Source: Alphaproteobacteria bacterium (GTDB lineage: Bacteria; Pseudomonadota; Alphaproteobacteria; GCA-2731375). From it: a DNA stretch of 64,000 nucleotides. Positions within the stretch are counted from its first letter, which is position 1; the number at the start of each line of letters is the position of its first letter. The notes below the pieces were generated by a model. The model was not told where the DNA came from. It made no database searches and was given only the letters and a program-made list of their open reading frames with translations. Both the position numbers and the translations under genes were made by a program. Location: NCBI GenBank assembly GCA_965225945.1, contig CBDDBZ010000026.1, forward strand, positions 64,001-128,000, written 5' to 3'. Positions 1 through 10,620 of this stretch are shown here, one piece after another.

Positions 1-579
1 GATCTGTTCCGCCGCGCCCTCGCCCTGCACCAGGGTCGGCCAGATCAGCACCCGGCGGGGAAAGCGGTCGCGCAGGCGATGCAGGATGTCGCGGATCACC
101 GCACCCGTAGGCGAGGTGACGACGCCGATCACCTCCGGCAGGAAGGGCAGCGGGCGCTTGCGGTCCTCGGCGAACAGCCCCTCGGCCTCGAGCTTGCGCC
201 GCCGTTCCTCCAAGAGCGCCATCAGCGCCCCGATGCCGGCCGGCTCCATCCGCTCGATCACGAGCTGATAGCGCGAGCGGCCCGGATAGGTCGTGAGCTT
301 GCCGGTGCAGACGACCTCCAGCCCGTCCTCCGGCCGGCAGCCGAGGGACCGCACGGTGCCCCGCCAGCAGACCGCGTCCAGCACCGCCTTGTCGTCCTTC
401 AACGCCATGTAGAGATGGCCCGAGCGCGCCTCGGTGAAGCCGGAGATCTCGCCGCGAACCCGGACATAGGGGAAGGCGTCCTCGACGATCCGCTTCAGGT
501 GGAAGGAGATCTCGGAGACCGAAAATTCCGGCAGGTTGGCGTTCGGATCGTCGCCTGTATCGGGGGGAAGTGCACTCAC
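1..579 (-). CDS. xseA: Exodeoxyribonuclease VII large subunit, 5' part (runs off the window start)
   Basis: Manual minus-strand translation from GTG 579 gives ...[33 protein letters not shown]..., the typical XseA N-terminus. Divergent from purD. Confidence 0.9.
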   Translation of the reverse strand, partial: MSALPPDTGDDPNANLPEFSVSEISFHLKRIVEDAFPYVRVRGEISGFTEARSGHLYMALKDDKAVLDAVCWRGTVRSLGCRPEDGLEVVCTGKLTTYPGRSRYQLVIERMEPAGIGALMALLEERRRKLEAEGLFAEDRKRPLPFLPEVIGVVTSPTGAVIRDILHRLRDRFPRRVLIWPTLVQGEGAAEQI

Positions 580-681
580 CGTCTGTCCTCGATTCAGGCG
601 CCATGATACAAGAGGCGCGCAGGGGGAAACATCTCCCGAAACGGCCTCGAGAAGCCGACGGGCGAGGGCGCGGGGGGTGCC

Positions 682-1950
682 ATGAACATTCTCGTCATCG
701 GATCCGGAGGGCGGGAGCACGCGCTCTGCTGGGCGCTTGCCGATTCACCGCTCACCGACACTCTGTTCTGTGCCCCCGGCAACGCCGGAATCGCCGAGCT
801 CGCCCGCCCGCTCGACATCGACCCGATGGATTTCGAAGGCATACTCGGCTTCTGCCGCTCAGAGGAGATCGACTTCGTCGTCGTCGGGCCGGAGGCGCCG
901 CTGGTCGCGGGGCTCGTGGACCGGCTCGACGCCGCCGGGATCAAGGCTTTCGGACCCAACGCCGAGGCGGCGAAGCTGGAAGGCTCCAAGGCATATACCA
1001 AGGATCTCTGCGCCGAGGTCGGTATTCCCACCGCCGAATATCGCCGCTTCACCGACCTGGAGGCAGCGACGGCGTACATCCAGGCCCGCGGCGCGCCGAT
1101 CGTGGTCAAGGCCGACGGTCTCGCCGCCGGCAAGGGCGCTATCGTGGCTGGCGACGTCGAGGCGGCGATCGAGGCGGCCGGAGAAATCCTGGGCGGGCGC
1201 TTCGGCGCGGCGGGTGCCGAGATCGTGGTGGAGGACTTCCTCGAGGGCGAGGAGGCGAGCTTCTTCGCGCTGACCGACGGGGAGAGCGTGCTGGCGCTCG
1301 CCACTGCCGAGGACCACAAACGCGTGGGCGAGGGTGACGTGGGTCCCAACACCGGCGGAATGGGCGCTTATTCGCCGGCCCCGGTGATGACCGAGGCGAT
1401 GGTCGAGGCGACGCTCGAGCGCATCGTCAAACCTACGGTCCGGGCCATGGCGGCGCGCGGGCGGCCCTACAAGGGGGTGCTCTACGCCGGGCTGATGATC
1501 AACGACGCCGGGCCCCATCTGATCGAATACAACTGCCGCTTCGGCGATCCGGAATGCCAGGCGCAGATGGCCAGGCTCCGCTCCGATCTGCTGCCGGCGT
1601 TGATCGCTTGCGCCGACGGTCAACTTCGCAACGTCGACCTCCGCTGGCGCGACGAGGTGGCGCTGGTCGTGGTCATGGCCGCCTCGGGCTATCCGGGCGA
1701 GTATGCCAAGGGAAGCGAGATCGCGCGGACCGAACTGGCGGGCGAGCTGCCGGACGTCACCGTGTTCCACGCCGGCACCCGGCGCGACGGCGGCCGGCTG
1801 GTGGCGAACGGAGGTCGGGTGCTGGGGGTCACCGCGCTCGGCGCGGACGTGGCGGCGGCCCGGCGGCGGGCCTACGAGGCGGTCGACGTCATCGACTGGC
1901 CCGACGGCTTCTGCCGCCGCGATATCGGTGCCCGGGCGTTTCGCCGCTGA
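682..1950 (+). CDS. purD: Phosphoribosylamine-glycine ligase
   Basis: Motifs [27 protein letters not shown] and [10 protein letters not shown]. Confidence 0.97.
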   Translation: MNILVIGSGGREHALCWALADSPLTDTLFCAPGNAGIAELARPLDIDPMDFEGILGFCRSEEIDFVVVGPEAPLVAGLVDRLDAAGIKAFGPNAEAAKLEGSKAYTKDLCAEVGIPTAEYRRFTDLEAATAYIQARGAPIVVKADGLAAGKGAIVAGDVEAAIEAAGEILGGRFGAAGAEIVVEDFLEGEEASFFALTDGESVLALATAEDHKRVGEGDVGPNTGGMGAYSPAPVMTEAMVEATLERIVKPTVRAMAARGRPYKGVLYAGLMINDAGPHLIEYNCRFGDPECQAQMARLRSDLLPALIACADGQLRNVDLRWRDEVALVVVMAASGYPGEYAKGSEIARTELAGELPDVTVFHAGTRRDGGRLVANGGRVLGVTALGADVAAARRRAYEAVDVIDWPDGFCRRDIGARAFRR

Positions 1951-2031
1951 GTGGGGGAGCGGGTGGTTCCGTCAAGTCTGACAATGCATTAGGATCGCCC
2001 ACCCGGGGGGTCTGCCCAGGAATCGGAGATC

Positions 2032-3147
2032 ATGAACGAGCAGCTCATCTACGATCCGGTTTACGATGTCGTCGATCCGAGCGAGTTTCGCCGCCTGATC
2101 GAGGTCGACCGCTACAATCGCCGCTCGGCGGCCTTCGACCCCATCATCTCCGCCACCAACGATCACTTCTGGGACCCGACGGACAAGCGATACGTCGACT
2201 TCACGGTGCCGTTCGACATCGACCGGGACTACATAATGCCGGCCCACCGGCTGCCCGAATTTCGCAGCCCCCTGGTCCAGGCCCTGCCGGAAGACCGGAA
2301 GGCCCGCCTCGCCAACGAGATCACCCGCTGGCAGCTCTCCGCGATCCTGCACGGCGAACAAGGGGCGCTATCGCTTTCGGCCGGGCTCTGCAGCCTGCTG
2401 CATGACGCGGGCGCCCAGGAATACGCCGCCAACCAGGCTCGCGAGGAGGCCCGCCACGTCACCGGCTTCGCGCTCTATATCGAGCATCGCTGGGGCGAGG
2501 CGCTGCCCGTGGGCGACGTGCTGGGTGATCTGCTGGAGGACCTGGTCGCCACCCCGATCATTTGGAAGAAGCTGGTCGGCATGCAGATGCTGCTGGAGGG
2601 CCTGGCGATGGGTGCCTTCGCCAACATCCATGCCCATACCAACGATCCGGTGCTGAAGCGCCTGGTACAGCTGGTCATGACCGACGAGGCCTTCCACCAC
2701 CGTTTCGGCAAGATCTGGGCCGATCGCACGATGCCGAAAATGAGCCAGGCCGAACGTGACCAGATCGAGGACTGGGCGGCGGAATGCTTCGAGGCGCTGC
2801 TCTTCAACTTGGTGAACATCCGCCAGAAGCGGGTCGTTTACGGCCAGTTCGGCCTCGACTGGGAGGAATTGCGCGAGACCATCCGCGAGGTTTACGACGA
2901 CAGTGACCGGCGCAACGAGCTCAAGGAAGGCTCCAACGTCTTCCGGGTGCTGACGCGGACCTTGATCAAGGCCGGCATCATCACCAAACGCACCCGCTCG
3001 CTCTACGGCGCCTGGGTCGACATGGCCGAGCTGGAGAGCGAGGGCGACGAGATGGTGGGCGACGCCATCGCGGCGGAGGGGATCGACACCCTCCTCGCGA
3101 TCAACAGCGGGCGGCGCAACATCGCCGCCAAGACCGCCGCCGCCTGA
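2032..3147 (+). CDS. Ferritin-like diiron protein (AurF-like / fatty-acid desaturase-like)
   Basis: Paired EXXH diiron motifs (EEARH, DEAFHH) plus HGEQGAL. Confidence 0.75.
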   Translation: MNEQLIYDPVYDVVDPSEFRRLIEVDRYNRRSAAFDPIISATNDHFWDPTDKRYVDFTVPFDIDRDYIMPAHRLPEFRSPLVQALPEDRKARLANEITRWQLSAILHGEQGALSLSAGLCSLLHDAGAQEYAANQAREEARHVTGFALYIEHRWGEALPVGDVLGDLLEDLVATPIIWKKLVGMQMLLEGLAMGAFANIHAHTNDPVLKRLVQLVMTDEAFHHRFGKIWADRTMPKMSQAERDQIEDWAAECFEALLFNLVNIRQKRVVYGQFGLDWEELRETIREVYDDSDRRNELKEGSNVFRVLTRTLIKAGIITKRTRSLYGAWVDMAELESEGDEMVGDAIAAEGIDTLLAINSGRRNIAAKTAAA

Positions 3148-3197
3148 GCACGAAGCGTCGCAGCCGAGGGGGACGAGGGGTGGATCGCGGCGCCGAG

Positions 3198-4253
3198 ATG
3201 CAGCGGAACTTCGCCGGCACCATGGCGGTGCGCGCGCAGCACCGCTTCGACTTGGGGCCCCTGCAACGCTTCATGGAGGGCAATGTCGAGGGCTTCTCCG
3301 GCCCGCTCGAAGTCGAGCAGTTCAGGGGCGGGCAGTCCTGTCCGACCTATCGGCTCTCCGCCGGCGGGCGGCACTACGTGCTGCGCCGCAAGCCACCGGG
3401 CAAGCTGCTGCCCTCGGCCCATGCGGTCGAGCGCGAATACCGCGTCATCACCGCGCTTCGCGACACCGCCGTCCCGGTGCCCAGGACCTTCGTCCAATCG
3501 GGCGACGAAGCGGTGGTCGGCACCGCCTTCTACGTCATGGAGTGGGTCGACGGCCGGGTGTTCTGGGATCCGACGCTGCCCGACCTCGCCGGAAGCGAGC
3601 GATACCGGATCTACGACGCCATGGGCGAGGTCATGGCGGCGTTGCACAAAGTCGACTATGACGCGGTCGGCCTGGGCGATTTCGGCCGGCCGGGGAGCTA
3701 CATCCAGCGCCAGATCTCCCGCTGGTCGAAGCAGTATCGGGCCTCCGAGACCGAGACCATTCCCGAGATGGACCGGCTGATCGAATGGCTGCCGGCGACG
3801 CTCGCGGCCGCGGACGAGACCTGCCTGGTGCACGGCGATTTTCGCCTCGACAACATGATCTTCCATCCCAGCGAGCCGCGCGTCCTGGCGGTGCTCGACT
3901 GGGAATTGGCGACCCTCGGCCATCCCTTGGCCGACTTCACCTATCTCTTGCTGGGCTGGCGGCTCGGCGGCGACCTGTTCCGGGGCGTCGGCGGCCAGGA
4001 CCTCGAGGCACTGGGCATCCCGAGCGAAGCGGAGTTCATCCAAGCCTATTGCCGGCGGATGGGGCGGGCCGGGATCGACGATATCGACTGGTACCAAGCC
4101 TACAACATGTTCCGCCTCGCCGCGATCCTGCAGGGGATCATGGGCCGCGCGCTGGACGGCACCGCGGCCAGCGAGCATGCCTGGGAAGAAGGCAAACGGG
4201 CCCGCCCGATGGCCGAGGCGGCCTGGCGGCAGGTCGAGAAGATCGCCGGATGA
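3198..4253 (+). CDS. Phosphotransferase family protein (APH / ACAD10 N-terminal-like)
   Basis: Motifs GGQSCPTY, HAVEREY, HGDFRLDN and LDWELATLGHP. Confidence 0.88.
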   Translation: MQRNFAGTMAVRAQHRFDLGPLQRFMEGNVEGFSGPLEVEQFRGGQSCPTYRLSAGGRHYVLRRKPPGKLLPSAHAVEREYRVITALRDTAVPVPRTFVQSGDEAVVGTAFYVMEWVDGRVFWDPTLPDLAGSERYRIYDAMGEVMAALHKVDYDAVGLGDFGRPGSYIQRQISRWSKQYRASETETIPEMDRLIEWLPATLAAADETCLVHGDFRLDNMIFHPSEPRVLAVLDWELATLGHPLADFTYLLLGWRLGGDLFRGVGGQDLEALGIPSEAEFIQAYCRRMGRAGIDDIDWYQAYNMFRLAAILQGIMGRALDGTAASEHAWEEGKRARPMAEAAWRQVEKIAG

Positions 4254-5311
4254 GGCACGAGGCCGCCTACGAGGGCGTCGAGATCATACCCGCGCGCGAG
4301 GCGCATCGGCTGGACGAGGCGGCGCTCGAGGGCTATCTCCGGGCGTTCGTCGAAGGTTTTCGGGGCCCCCAGGTCGTGCGCCAATTCGAGGGTGGTCAAT
4401 CGAACCCGACCTATTTCCTGGAGGCGGGCGGACGGCACTATGTCATGCTAAAGAAGCCGCCGGGAAAGCTGCTGCCCTCGGCTCACGCGGTCGAGCGCGA
4501 ATACCGCGTCATCACCGCGCTTCGCGACACGCCCGTGCCGGTGCCCGAGACCTGTCTCCTCTGCGCGGACGAGAGCATCCTCGGCACGCCCTTCTTCGTG
4601 ATGTCGTATGTGCCGGGCCGGCTGCTGGTCGACCCGCGCCTCCAGAGCCTGGCGAAGGCGGATCGGATGCCGCTGCTGATGCATTTCGTCGAGTGCCTGG
4701 CCGCGCTCCACGGCGTCGACCATGAGCGAATTGGCCTCGCTGAATTCGGCCGGCCAGGGAACTACTATCGCCGGCAGTACGACCGCTGGGCCAAGCAGTA
4801 TCGCGCCTCGGAGACGGAAACGATTCCGGCGATGGACCGGCTGATCGCGTGGCTGCCGGACCGGATCCCCGAGACCGACGAGACCACCCTGGTGCACGGC
4901 GACTACAGAATTGGCAATTGTCTGGTCCACCCGAGCGAGCCACGCGTCGCCGCCGTGCTCGACTGGGAGCTCTCGACCCTCGGCCATCCGCTGGCCGACC
5001 TCGCCTATACCTGCATGGTCTATCACGCCGATACCGGGCGGACCGGAAACTTTCTGGAGCTCGACTTCGAGACGGCGGGGGTGCCGACGGAAGAGGAATT
5101 CGTCGGCCGCTATTGTGCACTCACTGGACGCGAGGGAATCGACGACTGGCCCTTCTACGTGGTCTTCGCCATCTTTCGCATCGCGGCAATCGTCCAGGGT
5201 GTCTACAAGCGCGGCCTCGACGGCATCTCCGCCTCGGCGCAATCGCTCGAGTTCAAGGACGTCTGCCGGCTCCGCGCCGAGCAGGCCTGGCGCCTGGTCG
5301 AGCGGATCTGA
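4250..5311 (+). CDS. Second phosphotransferase family paralog
   Basis: ATG overlaps the previous stop (ATGA). Motifs GGQSNPTY, HGDYRIGN and LDWELSTLGHP. Confidence 0.88.
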   Translation: MRHEAAYEGVEIIPAREAHRLDEAALEGYLRAFVEGFRGPQVVRQFEGGQSNPTYFLEAGGRHYVMLKKPPGKLLPSAHAVEREYRVITALRDTPVPVPETCLLCADESILGTPFFVMSYVPGRLLVDPRLQSLAKADRMPLLMHFVECLAALHGVDHERIGLAEFGRPGNYYRRQYDRWAKQYRASETETIPAMDRLIAWLPDRIPETDETTLVHGDYRIGNCLVHPSEPRVAAVLDWELSTLGHPLADLAYTCMVYHADTGRTGNFLELDFETAGVPTEEEFVGRYCALTGREGIDDWPFYVVFAIFRIAAIVQGVYKRGLDGISASAQSLEFKDVCRLRAEQAWRLVERI

Positions 5312-5323
5312 GGTCGGCCCGAG

Positions 5324-6883
5324 ATGCAACTGACGCAAGGTCTCAAACGCGCGGTGCAGGCCAACGCGGGCGGCATCGGCTGCGAGGGCGAGGGCTTCAG
5401 GCGCGAGTGGGCGGAGGTGGCGGAGCGGATCCAGCGGCTCGCCGCCGGCCTCCGCGCGCTCGGCCTCCGGGACGGCGACCGGGTGGCGATCCTCAGCCTC
5501 AACTCCGCCCGCTATTTCGAGCTGCTCTACGCCGTCGCCTGGGCGGGCGGGGTCTTCGTGCCGGTCAACTCGCGGCTGGCAGGGCCGGAGGTTGCCTATT
5601 GGCTGAATGATTCCGAAGCCCGGATCTTCTGCCTCGACGACGCCTTCCTCGACCTCTGGGGCACCATCCGCGAGCAAGTGCCCGCGGTCGAGAGCCTGGT
5701 CTATATCGCCGACGACGCGGCGCCGGACGGCATGACCCATCACGAGGCGCTGATCGAGGCCAGCGCGCCGATCCCGGACGCGGGCAAGGGCGGCGACGAT
5801 CTGGTCGGCCTGTACTATACCGGCGGCACCACCGGTCGCTCCAAGGGCGTGATGCTGAGCCACCGGAACCTGGTCTCGAACGCGATGCAGGTCGTTTGCG
5901 GCCTGGGCTTCGAGCGCCAGTCGAGTTGGCTGCATATCGCGCCGATGTTCCACCAGGCGGATGCCTTGGGCACTTTCGCGATGACCATGGTGGCGGGGCG
6001 ACATTGCTTCGTGCCGAGCTTCACGCCCGAAGGCGCGCTCGAGGCGATGTCGCGTTACCGGATCAGCCATGCGATCTACGTGCCGACGATGATGAACATG
6101 ATCGTCAATCACCCCGACGTGACGGCCTACGACCTGAGCTCGGTGCGCCGGATCCTCTATGGCGCCTCGCCCATGCCGGAGGCGGTGCTGCGGCGCGCGC
6201 TCGAGGTGATGGCGGGGGTGGAATTCGTGCAAGGCTATGGACTGACGGAAGCGGCGCCGATCCTGACCATGCTGGCGCCCGAATATCACTCGGGCGCGAG
6301 CGCGGAAGCGGGCAAGATCGCCTCCGTCGGCCAGTCCGCGTTCGCGGTCGAGGTCCGGATCCTGGACGAGGACGGGGCCGAGGTGGCGCCCGGCGTGGTC
6401 GGCGAGATCTGTGCCCGGGGGCCGAACGTGATGCTCGGCTATTGGCGCCAGCCGGAGCTGACGGCCGAGACGCTCCGGGACGGCTGGCTGCATACCGGCG
6501 ACGGCGGCCATATGGACGAGGATGGCTTCCTCTACGTCGTCGACCGGCTGAAGGACATGATCATCACCGGGGGCGAGAACGTCTTTTCGGCCGAGGTGGA
6601 AAATGCGCTCTACCAGCATGCCGCCGTGCTGGAATGCGCCGTCATCGCCATCCCCGACGACAAATGGGGCGAGCGGGTCCACGCCATCGTCCGCCTGAAG
6701 CCGGACATGGCGGCGAGCGAGGACGAACTCGTCGCCCATTGCCGGAGCCTCATCGCCGGCTACAAGGTGCCGCGCTCGGTTGCTTTCCGCGCCGAAGCGC
6801 TACCCTTGAGCGGCGCCGGCAAGATCCTGAAGACGGAGCTCCGCGCGCCCTATTGGCGAGATCGTGATCGGCGGGTGAATTGA
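5324..6883 (+). CDS. Long-chain fatty-acid--CoA ligase (AMP-binding)
   Basis: Motifs YTGGTTGRSKG, GYGLTE, GWLHTGD and SGAGKILK. Confidence 0.92.
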   Translation: MQLTQGLKRAVQANAGGIGCEGEGFRREWAEVAERIQRLAAGLRALGLRDGDRVAILSLNSARYFELLYAVAWAGGVFVPVNSRLAGPEVAYWLNDSEARIFCLDDAFLDLWGTIREQVPAVESLVYIADDAAPDGMTHHEALIEASAPIPDAGKGGDDLVGLYYTGGTTGRSKGVMLSHRNLVSNAMQVVCGLGFERQSSWLHIAPMFHQADALGTFAMTMVAGRHCFVPSFTPEGALEAMSRYRISHAIYVPTMMNMIVNHPDVTAYDLSSVRRILYGASPMPEAVLRRALEVMAGVEFVQGYGLTEAAPILTMLAPEYHSGASAEAGKIASVGQSAFAVEVRILDEDGAEVAPGVVGEICARGPNVMLGYWRQPELTAETLRDGWLHTGDGGHMDEDGFLYVVDRLKDMIITGGENVFSAEVENALYQHAAVLECAVIAIPDDKWGERVHAIVRLKPDMAASEDELVAHCRSLIAGYKVPRSVAFRAEALPLSGAGKILKTELRAPYWRDRDRRVN

Positions 6884-8100
6884 GCCCAGCCTCGCCCGCC
6901 GGCGAGCGAAGCGCTCGCCACGTCGCGGTGACCGCCATCGCCTTCTATTCGGCCACCGTCGCCTGGGGCATCACCTTCTACGGTCACAGCGTCTACATGG
7001 CGGAACTGCAGGCCCGCCACGGCTGGTCGGCGAGCTTGATCTCCAGCGCCATCTCGCTGGGCTGGCTGGTCGGCATTCTCGCCACCATGGCCTATGCCCG
7101 TTTGATCGAGCGGGGCCGGGCGCCGCTGGTCGTCGTCCTGGGGGTGGTGGCGACGGCGCTCGCCGTGGCCTCGCTCGGTCAGCTTCGCCCGCCCTGGCAG
7201 CTCTTCATCGCCTTCCCCCTCATGGCCTGCGGCTATCCGGCGCTGGCGGCGCCGGCGATCAGCGCGGTGCTGGCCGACTGGTTCGAGCGGCGCTACGGTC
7301 TGGCCCTCGCCCTCGCGCTCAGCGGCGCCAGCCTGGGCGGCGCGGTGCTGCCGCCCCTGATGGTCTGGGCGAGCGCGCGTTACGGCTTTCCCTGGATGGT
7401 GGCTGGGCTCGCCGCCCTGACCGCGGCGACGATGCTGCCGCTGGCCGGCGTGCTTCTCCGCCTGGGCCAGGGACCGGTCCGTCGACGGCGGATGGCGGCG
7501 AGCCTGGCGGAGGGCGGCGGCTGGGACCGCCGGCTTCTGCTTCGCACGCCAGCCTTCTGGCGGATCGCCGTCGCCTGCTCCCTCGCGCTCTTCGCCCAGG
7601 TCGGCTTCCTGGCCCATCAGGTGCCGATGCTGGGCGGCGCCCTCGGCCCGCAGACCGCCGCGCTCGCGGTCAGCGCGACGGCGATTTCGGCCGGTGTGGG
7701 CCGCCTGATCGTCGGATATCTCGCCGACCGGGTTCCCCTGGCGCCGCTGACGGCGGCCTGCCACCTGATCCAGCTCGCCGGCTTCGTGATCGTGCTTCGG
7801 GCGGAGAGCGGGGCGGCGCTCTTCCTCGCTGCGGGCGTGATCGGCTTTCCGGTCGGCGCCATCGTCCTGCTGCCGGCGCTGCTGCTGCGCCAGGCCTTCG
7901 GCGGCCGCCATTACGGCCGGGTCTACGCCATCGCCAACGTCGGACTGGCGCTCGGTATCGGCTTCGGGCCCGGCGTGGTCGGCTGGCTCCACGATGCCGC
8001 CGGCGGCTACGGCCCGGCGCTCTGGTGTCTGGTCGCGGCCCAACTGGCGGCGGCGGTGGTAATCCTGCTGGGCCGAGATCGGCGAGCCCGCGTAACGTGA
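6880..8100 (+). CDS. MFS transporter
   Basis: About 12 hydrophobic segments; WFERRYGLAL and GYLADR loop motifs. Confidence 0.85.
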   Translation: MSPASPAGERSARHVAVTAIAFYSATVAWGITFYGHSVYMAELQARHGWSASLISSAISLGWLVGILATMAYARLIERGRAPLVVVLGVVATALAVASLGQLRPPWQLFIAFPLMACGYPALAAPAISAVLADWFERRYGLALALALSGASLGGAVLPPLMVWASARYGFPWMVAGLAALTAATMLPLAGVLLRLGQGPVRRRRMAASLAEGGGWDRRLLLRTPAFWRIAVACSLALFAQVGFLAHQVPMLGGALGPQTAALAVSATAISAGVGRLIVGYLADRVPLAPLTAACHLIQLAGFVIVLRAESGAALFLAAGVIGFPVGAIVLLPALLLRQAFGGRHYGRVYAIANVGLALGIGFGPGVVGWLHDAAGGYGPALWCLVAAQLAAAVVILLGRDRRARVT

Positions 8101-8150
8101 GCTGCCTTTCGGGCACGAGGCGCGGGCGGTCCCGCGCGCTTCCAGTATCG

Positions 8151-9104
8151 TTATCCGCCCTCGGGGCCGTGCAGCGCGCGCTTGGCCAGCATCACATGGA
8201 CGCCCTTGTTGACGTTCACCATCTGGGTGATGCGGAGGTCGGCGGCCAGGCTGCAGAGGGTATAGGCATCTTCGCGGGAGAGGTTGGTGCGCTCCTGGAT
8301 CAGCTCGATCATGTCGCGTAGTGCCTGGCGCGCGGCGCTGTCCAGGTCCTCGTGGAAGTCCATGGTTATGTAGTGGCTCGGCGTCTCGGCCCGGGGCCGG
8401 ACCAACGCGAGGTCGGGGCGGCGGATCAGCTCGAAGCTGCCGCTCAGCGCCGTCTCGATCGCGGAAACGCAGACCTCGCCGTCGCCCTGCACCGCGTGGC
8501 CGTCCCCGGCGGAGAAATTGGCGCCCGCCACGTGCACCGGCAGGAACAGCGTGGTGCCGGCGATCAGCTCCTTGTTGTCCAGGTTGCCGCCGTGGCGGCG
8601 CGGGATGATCGAAGTGATGCGGCCCCAAGCCGGCGGCGGCGCCACGCCCATGACGCCGAAGAAGGGGCGGAGCGGCAGGTCGACGCCCCAGGGCAGCTTG
8701 CCGACCATTCTGGCCGAGTCGAGCGGGATGTGCAGCAGCCGCTCCTCGGCGAACTCGTCGGGCAGCGCGCCCGAGAGCGGGCGGACCACGTTCCAGCCCC
8801 AGTCGGTGCGCAGGCGCACGTCGAGGATCCGCACTTCCAACACCTCGCCCGGCTCGGCGCCACGGACGGCGATCGGACCGGTCAGGATATGGCCCGGCAT
8901 CTCCGGGCCCCGCTCCCGGTGCAGTTGGCGCTGCTCCTCGGGCACGTGGAAGCCCGCGTCGGGGGTCACCTCCGGGGCGCCGGAAATGCTGTGCAGGGTC
9001 ACCCGGTCGCCCGACTCGATTTCCAGGCGCGGCGGGAGCGCCGCATCGAAGATCCCCCAATGGACGTTCTCCGGCGTCGCCTGGATCTCGTGCTCGGTGG
9101 CCAT
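8151..9104 (-). CDS. Acetamidase/formamidase family protein
   Basis: Motifs HILTGPI, HGGNLDNKEL and GDGHAVQGDGEVC. Confidence 0.9.
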   Translation of the reverse strand: MATEHEIQATPENVHWGIFDAALPPRLEIESGDRVTLHSISGAPEVTPDAGFHVPEEQRQLHRERGPEMPGHILTGPIAVRGAEPGEVLEVRILDVRLRTDWGWNVVRPLSGALPDEFAEERLLHIPLDSARMVGKLPWGVDLPLRPFFGVMGVAPPPAWGRITSIIPRRHGGNLDNKELIAGTTLFLPVHVAGANFSAGDGHAVQGDGEVCVSAIETALSGSFELIRRPDLALVRPRAETPSHYITMDFHEDLDSAARQALRDMIELIQERTNLSREDAYTLCSLAADLRITQMVNVNKGVHVMLAKRALHGPEGG

Positions 9105-9123
9105 CGGCCCTTCCCTTTGTCCC

Positions 9124-9780
9124 TCAAAGCGCCCGGTCGCTCGAGGCCAGCACCAGATCGAAGCGCGCCGCCACCGCGCCGGCCTCCAGATCGTCGGCCG
9201 GCGCCACCTCGGCTTTCAGCAACGCGCGCCGCGCCGGCTCGGCGACGCCCATGAACAGGCCGTCGCGCCGGTTGCGGGGGTTTCCCTCGAGGTACATCTG
9301 CGTCGTCAGCGCTCGCACCCTCGGCCCCTCGACCCGGAAGTGGATATGCGGTGCGCGGCCCTGGTAGGGCACGGGCGTGACGGTGCGGAAGCGATAGCGC
9401 CCCTCGGCGTCCGTGACCGTCTGGCCGAAGCCGCGAAAATAGCGATCGGCTTTGCCGCGCGGTTCGCCCGGATGGTGGTAGCGGCCGAGCGCGTCGGCCT
9501 GCCAGATGCGCAAGGCGGCACCCGAAATCGGCTCGCCCCATTGATCCAGCACCCGGCCCAGGACGTGCATCACCTGGCCGTAGGCCCCTCGGGGCTGGCC
9601 CTCGACGCTCACCAGGTCCCAGTCCACGTCGCCCGACCATTCGAGGGGAACGAAGGGTCCCGCGCCCTGCGCCGGCGTGGTGGGCCGAACGCGCGCCGCC
9701 AGCGCCGCCCCGCCGACAAGCGCCAGCGCCCAGGCAGCGCCGACGAGGCCGCGTCGCGTGAGGTTCCGATCGAATATCAT
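9124..9780 (-). CDS. Intradiol dioxygenase-like protein (protocatechuate 3,4-dioxygenase fold) with Tat signal
   Basis: LTRRGLV twin-arginine leader; WQADALGRY and RAPHIHF iron-ligand motifs. Confidence 0.82.
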   Translation of the reverse strand: MIFDRNLTRRGLVGAAWALALVGGAALAARVRPTTPAQGAGPFVPLEWSGDVDWDLVSVEGQPRGAYGQVMHVLGRVLDQWGEPISGAALRIWQADALGRYHHPGEPRGKADRYFRGFGQTVTDAEGRYRFRTVTPVPYQGRAPHIHFRVEGPRVRALTTQMYLEGNPRNRRDGLFMGVAEPARRALLKAEVAPADDLEAGAVAARFDLVLASSDRAL

Positions 9781-9844
9781 GTTGCTCTCCCGTGTGCGCC
9801 CCTGGCCCATGATGTGCGACGCCGGGCCGCGTCGTCCCGTCGCG

Positions 9845-10480
9845 CTAGCGGAGCGGCGAGAAGGGCGCCGGCGTCAGAATGATCGAGTCCATCTCCTCCA
9901 GGCAGTGGCCGGCCTTCTTGCGGAATTCGCCCCACTCGGGGTCGACGTCGACCTTGGCCCGCGCCTCGCTCCTGGCCTCGAGGTTCGGATAGGCCCAGAG
10001 GTGGGAGACCTGGTTCGGGTCCGGCGTTTCCATCTGCCAGATGCCGATGTTCTGGGAGTACTTCTCCCGCACCGGCTGGATCTCCAGGAAATGACCGAGC
10101 CATTCCTTGGCCTTGCCGACGCCGGTCCGGTAGGCGCGGTATTCGTAAATGTTGCCGGTGGTCGCCAGCGGCGTGATCGGCTTTTGTGGGGTGAGAAAGC
10201 GGACTTCCTGCCTCAGGATCAGCGGGTAGACCTTCGGCACGTACTCCTGGGTCCAGTCCTTGTTCTCGGCCAGGCGGCGGCGGTTCTCCTGGCGCGCATC
10301 CAGGCTCTCGTGGCTCCAGATATGGACCACTTGGTTGAGCTTGCCGAACTCCGTCGACCAAAAGCCTTCGAGCTTGCCATATTCGTCACCTCGGATGGGA
10401 ATGCCCACGTTATTCGCCAGCTCGACGAACTTGGGCGCGCCGCCCGGCGTCAGCGTGTAAATCCTGAGCTCGTGCAGCAT
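9845..10480 (-). CDS. NIPSNAP family protein (two repeats)
   Basis: Repeats ELRIYTL...VHIW and YEYRAY...HLWAY; ends in PAPFSPLR. Confidence 0.88.
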   Translation of the reverse strand: MLHELRIYTLTPGGAPKFVELANNVGIPIRGDEYGKLEGFWSTEFGKLNQVVHIWSHESLDARQENRRRLAENKDWTQEYVPKVYPLILRQEVRFLTPQKPITPLATTGNIYEYRAYRTGVGKAKEWLGHFLEIQPVREKYSQNIGIWQMETPDPNQVSHLWAYPNLEARSEARAKVDVDPEWGEFRKKAGHCLEEMDSIILTPAPFSPLR

Positions 10481-10620
10481 CACCCTCTCCCTCACCGACC
10501 AACGCGTTCTCGAACGCGCGGCGATCATAGCGGCGCCCGGCGCGCGCCGGAAGGGTCCACCCCGACCAGGCCATCGAATGCGCTATAGTTCCGTTGGCGT
10601 GGCGATGGGGAGACGAGAGC

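Noticed and set aside
4448-6739. Long antisense or alternate-frame ORFs (also 6850-9060, 51711-53573 apart from ybaB, and 53794-55632)
   Set aside because: These are Arg/Pro/Gly-rich shadow frames overlapping well-supported genes, as expected in high-GC DNA.
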